Below, piece after piece: positions 8,739-20,100 of a stretch of DNA of 64,000 bases. Made by a program: the position numbers and the translations under genes. Every line of letters begins with the position of its first letter. Position 1 is the first letter of the stretch. The DNA comes from a virus, in the IMG/VR virus record IMGVR_UViG_3300047095_000292, positions 1 to 64,000 of that record; one strand, written 5' to 3'. The notes beneath the pieces are model-generated. The model saw only the letters and a program-made list of their open reading frames with translations. It was not told the origin of the DNA and did not search any database.

Positions 8739-9245
8739 TTAAGCTATTGTCACTTTCCATGCCACGGTTAATGTATCATTAACGCCCTTGTTAATCACAG
8801 CGTACACAATCCGATTTAGCATAAATACAGTATTTGCAGTCACAACGTTGAAGATACCCGCTTCTGTCAATGCACCGGTTCCGGTACCTGCAGGAAAGGT
8901 TGCGGCATATGAAACGCTATCGCTTACTACGTTACCGGATACAATAGTAGGCGTAGCTACAACACGTGAGGCACCCACTGGTGTAATCAAAAGTGTATCT
9001 GCTGCTGCTGCCGTTTGCGTAGACGTTCCAACTTCCATCCAACCCATTGTTACAGCATTAGATGTAGTATATAAGCCTGATAATTTAGCTGCAATATGCT
9101 GACGGCCAGAAGTAGTGATAAGATTAGAGCCTTCACGTTCTGCAATAACATTTCCATTTTTATCTGTAAGTACAAGTTCTACGTAGCCCTTCATACCTAC
9201 ACTGTCTTCTTTCCAACCGTTAGGTCGAATGATGATATTGCTCAT
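8739..9245 (-). CDS. Tail fibre/collar structural protein
   Basis: NLITTSGRQHIA...GTGALTEAGIFN...INKGVNDTLTVAWKVT pattern of fibre-attachment proteins. Confidence 0.7.
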   Translation of the reverse strand: MSNIIIRPNGWKEDSVGMKGYVELVLTDKNGNVIAEREGSNLITTSGRQHIAAKLSGLYTTSNAVTMGWMEVGTSTQTAAAADTLLITPVGASRVVATPTIVSGNVVSDSVSYAATFPAGTGTGALTEAGIFNVVTANTVFMLNRIVYAVINKGVNDTLTVAWKVTIA

Positions 9246-9255
9246 TTGTTATCCT

Positions 9256-10224
9256 TTAAAATGTTAAGTTTGTACCTGCGTAAACTTCAGAGAAGTATGT
9301 AAGGTCAACATAATCGAGATTCATAAAGACACCACTTTCACCGATACTTGTAGTATCTAATTCACTAAGATTTACAACGTATGCAGCAGCCTCAATTATT
9401 GCGGAGGTATCAATTAATGATCTATCAAACATAGCAGTATTATCCACTATCTCAGCAATTGATGTTGCATCTACGTATATCTTATCTAGCCCGCTTATAA
9501 GGGCTTCTGTAGCAGACGTCACATCTGTACCCAATACCTTGCTAGGTATGATACTTAATACTTCGGAAACAGAAGTGGCATCTGCAAACGGTTTAGTAAG
9601 ATCATTACTTATAGAATCGATGTTAGAAAGCGAATCATCATATATCCTATCAAAAACAGAAAGGGTATCAAGAATCTCAGCAATTGATGTATTATCATCT
9701 ATGGCCTTATTACTAACGAACAAAAGACTATCAATAACACTAAAGCCATCTGCAACTAAAAGAGGCTGTATCAGTGTAATCAATACCTGCTCACTTAGAT
9801 ATGCAAAGTCTGTTGATGAAAGCGGGTACCAGATTCCATTAATATAGTCGAAGGTTTCGCTAGTAATAGCTGTTTCATCGAAGTTCGCGAATACATATTT
9901 GATATACGAGAATATATCAGTGACGTCAATAGTAGAATCTTTCATGACATCTACATGCTGTACAAGACTCTCAGAAATACTCGCATATATCAGTTTCGAT
10001 AGATACAAGTCAGGTCCGGGATGTATACTATTGACACCAGGTATTACAATCTCAAAGACGGGCTGTACAACTTGCTCACTAATGGCTAGAGCTGACACAT
10101 TGGTAGTTAAAGCGACAACAGGCAAGACTACCGTGTTTGTACGCTCAACTGTTGAAGTAGATACTGTCGAGCTTTCGGGTAGATTTACAGTTATACGCTT
10201 AACAACTTCAGTTGGCGTATACAT
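9256..10224 (-). CDS. Acidic repeat-rich virion structural protein
   Basis: Roughly 18-19-aa D-x-T-S-I-x-E repeats; located in the tail module. Confidence 0.7.
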   Translation of the reverse strand: MYTPTEVVKRITVNLPESSTVSTSTVERTNTVVLPVVALTTNVSALAISEQVVQPVFEIVIPGVNSIHPGPDLYLSKLIYASISESLVQHVDVMKDSTIDVTDIFSYIKYVFANFDETAITSETFDYINGIWYPLSSTDFAYLSEQVLITLIQPLLVADGFSVIDSLLFVSNKAIDDNTSIAEILDTLSVFDRIYDDSLSNIDSISNDLTKPFADATSVSEVLSIIPSKVLGTDVTSATEALISGLDKIYVDATSIAEIVDNTAMFDRSLIDTSAIIEAAAYVVNLSELDTTSIGESGVFMNLDYVDLTYFSEVYAGTNLTF

Positions 10225-10234
10225 ACCACCCCCT

Positions 10235-11065
10235 TTAAACTAGCTTAGTCGGACTATATAAAACTTCTACAATGCCACGCATAGGCTTCCATGTTCTTTG
10301 AAAGATACCACCTGCAGGTTCTGTTACTCGTAACTCAAAGTAACCATAAACAGAAGATACAAATGTAGGCTGAACAACCCAACCGGCATTTACAACGCAT
10401 GTACCGGCGACTGTCTGAGGACCAGCTGTAGCGTTAGCGAAAGACACACTATTTATAGTAGCTGCAGTAATTGTATATGTTCCATTAAAACCTACTGGCG
10501 ATACACCTGAGATAGTTACAGTAGTACCGACAGCTGGAATTTGAGGCATGTTACTACCAAGCGTAATAGTAGCCACGCCACCTGCGCTAGATGCAGCTGT
10601 AGTCGAAATAGGAGAAGCTGCAACGACTTGTGAAAGTGACTCTGGGAATTGTATAAACACTTGATTAGGTACGTAAGATGCCCAGTACGCAGTATTAGTA
10701 GCAGGCGTATTTGCAAGGTTTGAGCCTACTTTTGATTTAAAGTATAGCCCAGAGCTTGCAGGATGCTCTACAACTTCTTCCCTTGCATAAGTAGTACCTG
10801 CAGAATATACACCCATTTCAACAGGAACTCTTGTCACTAACGTTGTATTAATACCATTAGTTCTTGCTTGAGTCGGAAGAGCATCTACACCGGAGACATT
10901 TAAAGCTTCCATGACAACGGCTTCAAATGTATAGCCGTAAGCATTCGTTAAAAAATTGAGAGAAATTGGGAATTCTAATTGCTCTCCCTGTACGACAGAC
11001 CATAACACACCACCAGTGTCAGATGTTGCATCAGTCGAGATCGTACTAAGTTGTGATCTAGCCAT
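10235..11065 (-). CDS. Tail/baseplate structural protein with CBM-like and beta-barrel inserts
   Basis: YSAGTTYAREEVV...YFKSK...TAYW; GTTVTISGVSPVGFNGTYTIT. Confidence 0.7.
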   Translation of the reverse strand: MARSQLSTISTDATSDTGGVLWSVVQGEQLEFPISLNFLTNAYGYTFEAVVMEALNVSGVDALPTQARTNGINTTLVTRVPVEMGVYSAGTTYAREEVVEHPASSGLYFKSKVGSNLANTPATNTAYWASYVPNQVFIQFPESLSQVVAASPISTTAASSAGGVATITLGSNMPQIPAVGTTVTISGVSPVGFNGTYTITAATINSVSFANATAGPQTVAGTCVVNAGWVVQPTFVSSVYGYFELRVTEPAGGIFQRTWKPMRGIVEVLYSPTKLV

Positions 11066-11127
11066 ATTATTTCCTTTTGTTGATACAACGACACATTGAT
11101 CCGATTAGTATATAGGGGGAGGGCACC

Positions 11128-11151
11128 CTTATCATTAATTTAGCGGGTTCG
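11128..11151 (-). promoter_or_regulatory. Late promoter-like motif B, copy 1
   Basis: CGAACCCGCTAAATTAATGATAAG, identical to 52153..52176; upstream of the fibre operon. Confidence 0.7.
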
Positions 11152-11325
11152 AGCTTTACAGAAAGTGCTTATTTGTTATGCGACTCTACTATTGAAATAT
11201 GCAAAGATTTTCGTTGCAAAAATTCGAAACTCTGCCACTCGAAAGCTGACACATAGGGCAGTCATGCTGACCACCCAATTGCTGCGTCTACGCCCGATTT
11301 GCTTGACTCTTGAAGATTTCTGAGG

Positions 11326-14300
11326 TTATATCACCCCTGTAATCTGATAGCTTGCATTACCACTAACCCTTGCTCCAGCAAGATCAAACAGAAGTATCTT
11401 AAATGAAGTAGGGTTAGGAACATCTGTAAAATCATATATCGCAATCACCGGTGTAGTTGCATTTGCATTTACAGTAATTGATGAGATATCAACAAATGCA
11501 TTCGCAAAGGTAACCATTGTACCGCCGCTATCTGTAGACACGCATGCAATATTACCTGCTTCTTTTATAGTAGTAGAGGATAGCTGCAACTTAAGTGCTT
11601 TCAGTTCTACAACACCTGTACCTGTCACCTCTATTCTTACCTTAACATACCTAAAATTATATAAACCAGCAGAGGTGCCATTGATTGCTGTACTCCATGA
11701 CGAGCCATCTAGTGAACCACTTATATACACTGTTACTATAGGCGTTGGTGTGATAACTGCTGTATTCAATGTTACTAGCGCAGTACTTAATGGAATGTCT
11801 AAAGATGAACCCTCTCCGAGATCAAAGATCTCCTGATGCCAGGATCCATTTACTAATGTGAAGTCAGTGTAGCAATAGACCTCATTATAGTATGAAAGAT
11901 CAACATAATAGTTAGAGGGTGTAACCCCGGAATCCGTAACATCTATATATGTCTCGTCTTGCAAAGAGCTATCAATTTCATTTCGTAATGAGTAATCACG
12001 AGGCGCTGCAACCACCGCAACAGTACTGGCAGGTTCACTACAGTTGCCACCGATGTCAATGGCAGTTACCCAGTACTTAAATATTCCGCCGTTAATTTCA
12101 AATACAGTTGTAAATAAGCCTGACTTTTCCCCGATGTACGTAGATGTAGCATACGTATCTCCTCTTCGTATTTCATGCGTTCGAATAGGTTGATTTGATA
12201 GGCTGGCAGTCCACATTAACAGTACATTATTATCAATAACTTGATTTGTCAGCTCTACAGCAGCTGGTGTATTTACTATTCTAGAAAATGTAGTCTCGTT
12301 TAAGGAATAACGTCCATTTATATCTATTGACTTTATACGATATACATGTGTTGAGGCAAGTAATGGCGGTTGCTGTACTTCTGTCGTTTTTACTGTACAA
12401 ATGTAATCAGATGTCTCCCAAGATGCTCCATTCTCTCTTAGCTCATACTGGGATATTCGAGGACTTGCAACAGCATTCCAATTAACACGTACGCCTGCTT
12501 CAGTAAAGGCTGCAGTTAAACCTGTTACTGCTGCAGGAAGACTGTATGGAATAAACTTTATAGGCCAATTTATTATAGATGGCTTTCTGTCGTCGTAAGT
12601 AACAGGCACTATCGTTACGTAGTAATCTGTGCTATATAAGTCAGGAAAATCATATCGGGTTGCAGTAACTGTACCACGACCAATCCATTCTGTACTAACA
12701 CCCGCATTTACAGCTGCTGTTAATATTTGGTAGCCAATTACTCTATTATCAGTAAGAGCTGGCCATGTAATGTATCCATTAAAGCCATCATCTACGAATA
12801 CAATATCACCTACAGCAACGCTTGTAACATCTGATATAAATATATTTCTAATAGGGGAAAGCTCGTTATCCGCCACATTCCAAGCAAGATCATTTGCATC
12901 ATACTTGTAAGCAGATACTCGTATAACGCCGGTAGCCTCTGGTTTTAGTTCAGTTATCTTTACTAGTTCACCGGGAATATTTAGAATATCTGAGTTAATC
13001 TGTAGAAAATCACCAGGCTCTAAGTGAATGAATTCATGGTTTAGGCTAAAACTATATGTCACGCCAGTTCTACTAGACCTTACCTTCTGCTCTGCCAATG
13101 CTCTGGCATGGTACGATGAAGTACAACCTTCTGCAAACATTTCAAGTTCTAGCGGTAAGCCACTGTCTTGCGCTAAATACGCAGCATATACACTTTCTGT
13201 CTTAGGAGGCCAGAAGACATTATCTTCTTTAAAATCTTTAGCCTCATTCAGATATCTTATCACGCAGTAATTAAAACGAGTACCCGCATTAGGCCAGCTT
13301 ATACTCGTCTGTCCTTCTCTGATTATGTCGTTATCAGAGATATCCGCACTTATAATGTCTTCCCAATAAGTTGTATTGGTCGGCAGGGCTACATTATTGC
13401 TAACCTTTGATCTAAAAAGTCTAGGTCCAGAATCTGTAGTAAATTGCACGACATCGCCGAAGTTATAGGGTATGTATGATGTGAGTGTACTCGCAGGAGT
13501 CGTCGATGTTATATAAGTAGGCGGTGTTTCTACAACCTGTGCTACTGCTGCAGTGAAAGCAACTCCAAAAACTGAGAGGATATCTATTCCAAAGAAAGTG
13601 CTAATTCCTCCAAAGATACCAGTAGGGTCTATAAAGACATCAGGCTGGTTAACAGGGGCGACAGTAGTAGTAGGTAAGATAGTTGTAACAGTTGTGGTTA
13701 CTGGAAACACCTGTGTAATAGATATACCATTAGTACCCCAAATTGTTGGGTAGTTTAGCTTTAGTGAGTATTGCCCAGCTGACCATACTAGCTGTGCATC
13801 TCCCATTGTATTTAATATTATTTCTATATTGTCTCTAAGTGGTTTTGAAGTATCTAAAGCTATATTACACTCGTATAACTTAACGTTTCGGGTACCACCT
13901 TTGTTTCGCCACAAGGCACCCTCAAGCGGTACTGTCATTACTACGCGCTCGCATACTTGAGCTGCTCTATAGAAGGATCCTAGATTAATTTCTGGGCAAT
14001 TATAGGAAGTTCCTGTATTTACGATAGCAAGACCGCGTCCATACGTTGTATCAATAAGATAGTCTAAAAGAACTAATGCAGGATTATTAGAATAATTTCT
14101 TGTAAATGAAATACCATAACCCGACGGATTCTCTCCAGTTGTTCCAATACCACGTATCTTCATACCTTCTACATAGAACTGGGCAGAGGGTACTCCTCCG
14201 AACTGAGGGTCATCACGGTTATAACGATAGATACCTGTCGCATATGCTGTCTTCGTAAATAGCGCAGTAGACCGTGTAGCATCATTTGCAGTAGCGAGTT

Positions 14301-14892
14301 CATCAGCAATATTACCATCAGGATAGATGTGCAGCCTTGCCCCATGCGTGTAAGGATCGATTAGTGTAACACCCGTCTTTAGTGCTCCACTTACTCCGTT
14401 TGCAAAGCGTTCAGATGCTTCATAAATTACGTCATTATACTCGTTAACGTAGTCACCATTTAAATTTCTGTCATCTAGTGAGATTGCGTATGCACCGTTA
14501 ATGCCACCCATACAGATTGCTTGTTGTGCCATTAGAAATTCATGTTTTGACCCAGATATATTGCTATCGAGGCTTGTGCCTGACTGAAACAACTGACCAC
14601 CAGTAGATATACCTTTAGTAGTGTAGCTGTTAAAAGTTGTATGGTACACTCGAACACCACCTACTAATGCTCTACCATATACTACTCTTAGTGAAACAGA
14701 TTCACTAGCTATTACAACCTTTGTACCCTTAGCAGCATCTGCAGCAGCATCCATCGCAGCTTGTTGAGCAGCTGCTCTTGCTTGTGCCTCTTGCTGTGCT
14801 CGTTGTGCTGCTTCTCGTGCATCATCCGCAGCCTGCTGTTGAATAACGTAGGAGACAACTGTTACAACTATCGATGCTACGAAGCTTGACAT
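11326..14892 (-). CDS. Central tail fibre / tail tip attachment protein (gpJ-like) with FN3-like domains
   Basis: VVYGRALVGG, YSNNPALVLLDYL, LEPGDFLQI; position after Dit/hub genes. Confidence 0.85.
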   Translation of the reverse strand: MSSFVASIVVTVVSYVIQQQAADDAREAAQRAQQEAQARAAAQQAAMDAAADAAKGTKVVIASESVSLRVVYGRALVGGVRVYHTTFNSYTTKGISTGGQLFQSGTSLDSNISGSKHEFLMAQQAICMGGINGAYAISLDDRNLNGDYVNEYNDVIYEASERFANGVSGALKTGVTLIDPYTHGARLHIYPDGNIADELATANDATRSTALFTKTAYATGIYRYNRDDPQFGGVPSAQFYVEGMKIRGIGTTGENPSGYGISFTRNYSNNPALVLLDYLIDTTYGRGLAIVNTGTSYNCPEINLGSFYRAAQVCERVVMTVPLEGALWRNKGGTRNVKLYECNIALDTSKPLRDNIEIILNTMGDAQLVWSAGQYSLKLNYPTIWGTNGISITQVFPVTTTVTTILPTTTVAPVNQPDVFIDPTGIFGGISTFFGIDILSVFGVAFTAAVAQVVETPPTYITSTTPASTLTSYIPYNFGDVVQFTTDSGPRLFRSKVSNNVALPTNTTYWEDIISADISDNDIIREGQTSISWPNAGTRFNYCVIRYLNEAKDFKEDNVFWPPKTESVYAAYLAQDSGLPLELEMFAEGCTSSYHARALAEQKVRSSRTGVTYSFSLNHEFIHLEPGDFLQINSDILNIPGELVKITELKPEATGVIRVSAYKYDANDLAWNVADNELSPIRNIFISDVTSVAVGDIVFVDDGFNGYITWPALTDNRVIGYQILTAAVNAGVSTEWIGRGTVTATRYDFPDLYSTDYYVTIVPVTYDDRKPSIINWPIKFIPYSLPAAVTGLTAAFTEAGVRVNWNAVASPRISQYELRENGASWETSDYICTVKTTEVQQPPLLASTHVYRIKSIDINGRYSLNETTFSRIVNTPAAVELTNQVIDNNVLLMWTASLSNQPIRTHEIRRGDTYATSTYIGEKSGLFTTVFEINGGIFKYWVTAIDIGGNCSEPASTVAVVAAPRDYSLRNEIDSSLQDETYIDVTDSGVTPSNYYVDLSYYNEVYCYTDFTLVNGSWHQEIFDLGEGSSLDIPLSTALVTLNTAVITPTPIVTVYISGSLDGSSWSTAINGTSAGLYNFRYVKVRIEVTGTGVVELKALKLQLSSTTIKEAGNIACVSTDSGGTMVTFANAFVDISSITVNANATTPVIAIYDFTDVPNPTSFKILLFDLAGARVSGNASYQITGVI

Positions 14893-15818
14893 AGTGCCTT
14901 CCTCCCATTAGTCTGTAAGGGTACTCTGTAATTTATGGTAATCTCTTCTCCATTTTTTCCGCCTGTGCAACCTCTAATATCTCTATTTGCTATCAGCAGC
15001 GAATCTCCGTTTTCAAGAAGTAGAATCTCTGCATTAGGTTTAATAGAGTGATTAGTATATCTACCTGCTATTGTTCGTTTACCGTTTATCTTAGCCGGTG
15101 CAATGATATCACCAGCTGCAATATTTGCGGTTGCGAATAACCCCTTACCGGATATAGGTGACTGATCTACTTTTATCTTATAGCTACTCTTAGGTAATCC
15201 TATCATGTCTTCAATTTGATGAGTCTCAGCAAGCGCCGTTTCTTCAGAGATACCAAACTCCTCTAGTACATGTCTATAGTCCTCTCTGTTGACACTCTCT
15301 AGAAGTCTTGCCTTCTCTAATTCAAGCTCCTCAAGTTCTCGCCACTCATCTGTCTTGACTAGAAAATATTCTTCTAGTTTTGAAATATCAGTTTCATCAG
15401 TTGCGTATACATTTAACCAAACCATATCTTCTACTACAAAGCCAATCTTCTTTCCAGGCTTTCCAGTAAACATTGCAGGAGCAATTATATCGCGAAGTGT
15501 GCCATCCTCTGTTATAACTTTTACATGCCCTTTAAGTACTATGTTAAGATGCTCGTAGCGTTGATGATGTCCGATTGCAAACGTATTCTTTGCAGCAGAA
15601 ACCTCTCGGATATATACACCTGGTCCGAAGCTATGTACAACAGGTGCATCAGCTTGTTCTTCAGCAAGTACCGCAGTTTCCAGTGCCGCTAAATACCCAG
15701 CCTTCGATGTATCATATATAACATTATTTAGCTTAAGTCTTACAACCTTATCACCAGCAATCGCAACATCTGTCTTTTTAGTTAATGAGGATAACTTCTT
15801 AGCATTAGATACAATCAT
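14877..15818 (-). CDS. Cupin-like domain fused to SET domain (putative lysine methyltransferase)
   Basis: HSFGPGVYIRE...GHHQRYEHLNIVLKG; SPISGKGLFA, RYTNHSIKPNA, GEEITINY. Confidence 0.85.
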   Translation of the reverse strand: MIVSNAKKLSSLTKKTDVAIAGDKVVRLKLNNVIYDTSKAGYLAALETAVLAEEQADAPVVHSFGPGVYIREVSAAKNTFAIGHHQRYEHLNIVLKGHVKVITEDGTLRDIIAPAMFTGKPGKKIGFVVEDMVWLNVYATDETDISKLEEYFLVKTDEWRELEELELEKARLLESVNREDYRHVLEEFGISEETALAETHQIEDMIGLPKSSYKIKVDQSPISGKGLFATANIAAGDIIAPAKINGKRTIAGRYTNHSIKPNAEILLLENGDSLLIANRDIRGCTGGKNGEEITINYRVPLQTNGRKALCQAS

Positions 15819-16468
15819 GCTTTTCCCCATAAATAAGTTGTCTTTGATTGATTAACTGAAACTTGATCAAAGGCTGTATCTGCAGGATTTATTTGCTTCA
15901 TTGCTTCGCGGGATGTATAGAATGATTTAACAAGACCGAGGCTAGCCATAGGACTTGAGCATTCTATTACTACTACTACCTCTCCACTTGCAGGATCTAT
16001 TGTATAACCATGCGTATCTATAACACCTGCATACGCTATTAGCATGTCAGCTACATTTAGGATGGGCATATCTGGTAATGTTCCACTAAGTATGCCAGAA
16101 CTTGTATTGTAAAAACCAACTATTACCTTAAGTTTTGAGCCTGTAACTCCAGCCTCAAATAATGCTCTCTTTTCAAAGGAAGGGTCAATATATGTCAAGA
16201 TATATGTTTCTCTATCGACAGACGATGATTGCCTCGGTCCCTGAACTATTTTAATGCCATTATTAGAATAGAATGTTCCTAATGTTGGCACTACTAAATC
16301 TATAGGTGTAGTTGTTTCTCTTACCACAGTGTAACTACCCTCTACTACACTATTCGCAACAAATATTCCTGTAAGGTTTGCTGAGGGAATTTGTGTCTCT
16401 ATTAAGAAAAAAGGACTTACATCACCTGACAGAATTAGAGTCCTAACAGTTTCGCTAAAGACTCTCAT
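15815..16468 (-). CDS. Tail tip/hub protein
   Basis: Position between Dit-like gene and tip; coupled overlaps. Confidence 0.6.
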   Translation of the reverse strand: MRVFSETVRTLILSGDVSPFFLIETQIPSANLTGIFVANSVVEGSYTVVRETTTPIDLVVPTLGTFYSNNGIKIVQGPRQSSSVDRETYILTYIDPSFEKRALFEAGVTGSKLKVIVGFYNTSSGILSGTLPDMPILNVADMLIAYAGVIDTHGYTIDPASGEVVVVIECSSPMASLGLVKSFYTSREAMKQINPADTAFDQVSVNQSKTTYLWGKA

Positions 16469-17076
16469 GATAGTGCCTCAATTAGGGTAACACTACCTGG
16501 ATCACTCAGCACACCATCAATGTATGTGATTCCTAATCTTACTGTAGCATCATAGTACGCGCGTAATGTAACGTTTGCACCTTTTATGAGTAATGTAGTA
16601 TCTGGCACAGTTTGCCGAAGTTGTGGCAGAACTCTTATTGTGTCTACACTACTTTCAATAGTAAGATATACCTTTGTATCTCCTGTGAACTGTATAAACT
16701 CACCTACAATAGGTAGTCCGCCAGCTAACACGAGAGTATCTGAACCTTGGTTTACTGTGCCTACTACTTGCGAGGGCAAATGTGCTGTACTTGAGATACC
16801 ATATACCTGTGGCATTCTTACAGATATTGGTGTATTATGACCATTTACTACACTATGAACTAAATGATTCGCACTATCATTCGTTGGCTCTAAGTTAGCC
16901 TCAATCTCCCATCTTTGCACATTCTGTGAGTTTGTCTTACGCTTTAGACTCATCATATCCTGTACATAGGAGGGCTGATTACTAATGACTGAAAGTGGTG
17001 TACTAAAAGCACATTGTAACTCTGAATCTAGTCCTGTATTAACTGCACTCTTTAAAATACCATATTTATAACTCAT
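16465..17076 (-). CDS. Distal tail (Dit-like) protein
   Basis: Immediately after tape measure; QRWEIEANLEP, GEFIQF...KVY, TLIEAL. Confidence 0.7.
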   Translation of the reverse strand: MSYKYGILKSAVNTGLDSELQCAFSTPLSVISNQPSYVQDMMSLKRKTNSQNVQRWEIEANLEPTNDSANHLVHSVVNGHNTPISVRMPQVYGISSTAHLPSQVVGTVNQGSDTLVLAGGLPIVGEFIQFTGDTKVYLTIESSVDTIRVLPQLRQTVPDTTLLIKGANVTLRAYYDATVRLGITYIDGVLSDPGSVTLIEALS

Positions 17077-17130
17077 TAATCATCCTTCCTAAATAGGAGA
17101 CGGGGTGAGCCATTGCCCACCCCTTTTATA

Positions 17131-20100
17131 CTATCTCTTCGAGCCTCTCTCTCTGTTAACCTGTCCTACACCAACTGCAATCTCAGGTAACATCTTCTGA
17201 ATTTCTGATCGAGTTTGACGGGAGATATCTCCAGTTATATTTATATTAAACACAGATGTTTGTGTTATTGGTTCCTTATTACTTTCCTTAACATTACCTA
17301 AGCTGCCAAGAGCGGGGGCTAATACATCTGCCCCAACAAGGCCACCATCTGCAAATCTAGCAATACTGTTATTATTTATATTCTCTAATAAATTTCTATA
17401 TTTGCTAGCTGCGACAGCATTTACTACGTACTCGCCATTGGAAAGCATTGCAGGAATTGAGTCTGAAGTACCTGAACCTGGTCCATAGATGGAACCACCT
17501 GCTGCGTGTAGTCTAACTGGAGCACCACTAGAGAATATAGGATTTGTATAAGTATCTAAAGTATTTGCTGTAAATCCACCTTGCGGTGTTCCAATAGATG
17601 ATAGCTGTGAACCTCCACCAAACATTCCGCCTTTAAAAGCAATACCTGCTAGGGATACTCCCAAGCCAAGCAAGCTTCCAAAACTCCAACCTCCTTCAGG
17701 TATTTGCATATTATCAGCTTCATACTTAGCATTATCAATCTGCTGTTGCTGAATGCTCATGCTCAGATGTTCGATAGTCTTATCGACAGTTTGGAAGCCC
17801 TTAATTGTTCCCTCAATGGTGGTATTAATACCATTAGCTAACATTTGTGTTTTCTCTTCTAAGCTCTGGTTTACTGTATTTATATTATCAGATAGAAGAG
17901 ATATTGGTTTATTAATATCAGCTATACCAACATTAGAGCTCAGGTTAGCAACAGCAGGACTTGCGGCTATTGAAGGTATTGCAGCTAATGCTTCACCACC
18001 TTCTGCAAAATGAGCGACATTGCCATTATTGATAGCATGCAGTAATGCCTTATTTCTAGCAGTTGCATTCGCATTAACAACGAACTCACCATTGGAGAGC
18101 ATTGCAGGAATTGAGTCTGAGGTACCTGAACCTGGACCTGAGATAGGACCACCTGATGCAAATCCAAAGCTGTTCTTGAACCATCCTCCAACATTATCAA
18201 GCATCTTACCGAGACCACTTGACTCACCCTCACCGAGTCCAATTCCAAAGAATCCACCAACACCTTTTAGTGCATCAAATAGTGCATTCTTCACAGAGAT
18301 TCCGAGTCTTGATAGTGTAGCTAGAAGACCGCCATTACCACTCTCAATATCTTTACCAGCAGCACTCAATGCCATACTCGTATCACCTGCAGCATTATCT
18401 ATTGCGGTTACAACAGAGTCACTTGATGTCTCTACCAATTTAACAGCACTTCCTGCATCAGTTTTTCGAATAGGCTCTCCACCACCAACGCGTACTCCTA
18501 GATCTCTTACACTTCCAAATACAAAGTCTAGCATATTATTTGCAGTAGATCCAAATATTTGCTTAGTAAGTCCATCTACTGCACTCTCTAGTATCTTGGC
18601 GGTAAAGCTATCAATCTGCTGTGTCATGAATGTTTTAAAGGTTATCTTTCCCTTTACTAGCTCTTTCAGACCGGCAGAGAGACCCTCAGTAAAGCTTCTA
18701 GTAACAGCACCTGCTGCAGCTTTTGACTCAGCTGATATTCTTGGAAGATTTGCCATCCAGCCTTTTTCACCATCAATAAGGCCTTCTTTAGTTTTCTCAA
18801 GAAGCTCATTAATATCCTTGACTGCATTAGTATAAAGTGTTCGTTCCCATGCTGGAAGTTTAGGATTTTCAATACGCTTATTATAATCCTCCTTCATGGA
18901 CATCAAATTAAGCGTAGCTTTATATTCCTTCTCACCGAGCTTCTGATACAGACTATCAAATGTCAGACCAGGGACACCAAACTGTGATAAGTTAGGTCCA
19001 TTATTAATAGTCGGTTTAGAACCCTTTACCTCAATTAAGTCCTTATACGACGCAGCAGCAGACGCCAGACCCTCAGCAGCTAGCCTAAATTTTGCTTCCT
19101 TATTGAGAGCTTCTGTTATCTGTTCAGTGGGGACACTCTGAGCTTTCAGCTTTACGGTTAGTTCGTCTACAGTCTTATTGTATAACGCAAGCGAACCTTT
19201 TAACTCATTATATTGATTATTTATCTGATCAAGTGACTTATTACTAATCATTGTATTGATCATTTCTGCAGTAATGTTCTCAGGCAACTTGATATCTATT
19301 GAGGCAAGACCTAAATTACCTTCTCCCCGATTAATAGACTTAGACTGCTTTGACAATTCTTCTGCCATTTTGTCAGTAGTCTCAAATGCAAAAAGGCCTG
19401 GATCACCCTTCATCATATTGCCAAGACCTTCAGTCATTTTACCAAATACTGTAACAGCGGCAGTTTTAAAGAGACTAGCAGCCTTCTCTAAATCACCTGA
19501 CATTAATGCATCACCAATACCGTCAAATAATGCTGTCGCTTTCGCTATCTTAGATTTGACCTTTTCAGCAATTGTAGCAGGTTCATCAGATTTAGATTCA
19601 TTACCTTTAAGCAATGCATACTTTTTAAGTACACTGTCAGCATAGTCAGTTGTCTTGGTACCGCCACCATTTTCCAGATGCTCTTTGTATCCGGGTTTTA
19701 TATTACCTACTGCGTCCAGCGCGTTTGGGCCTCCATGATATACTGCTGCAATCTTAGTAACATTTCCATTATACTTACTGCTCAGGTCTTCCACATGCCT
19801 TAGGGCAGCTTTTACTCTATCTGCCTCTATTTCAAAAGATAATGAACCTCTAAAAAACTCTTTATTAACTCCGTCAAAAGTTTTCTTTATAATTTGGGCA
19901 GTCCCAACAGCGCCTTTCTCACTTATAGCCTCAGGGCCACTTCGCTCTGTTCCTAGGATTGCTTTAAATAATAACTTGATATCCTCGGGTGTGGATGCAG
20001 TAGGACTACCTGTGCTGAACTTGCTAAAAGATATTCCACTATTAATGCTATCTAACAATGCACGGTTTTTCTTAGCTGATTTTGCATTAACAACGAATTC

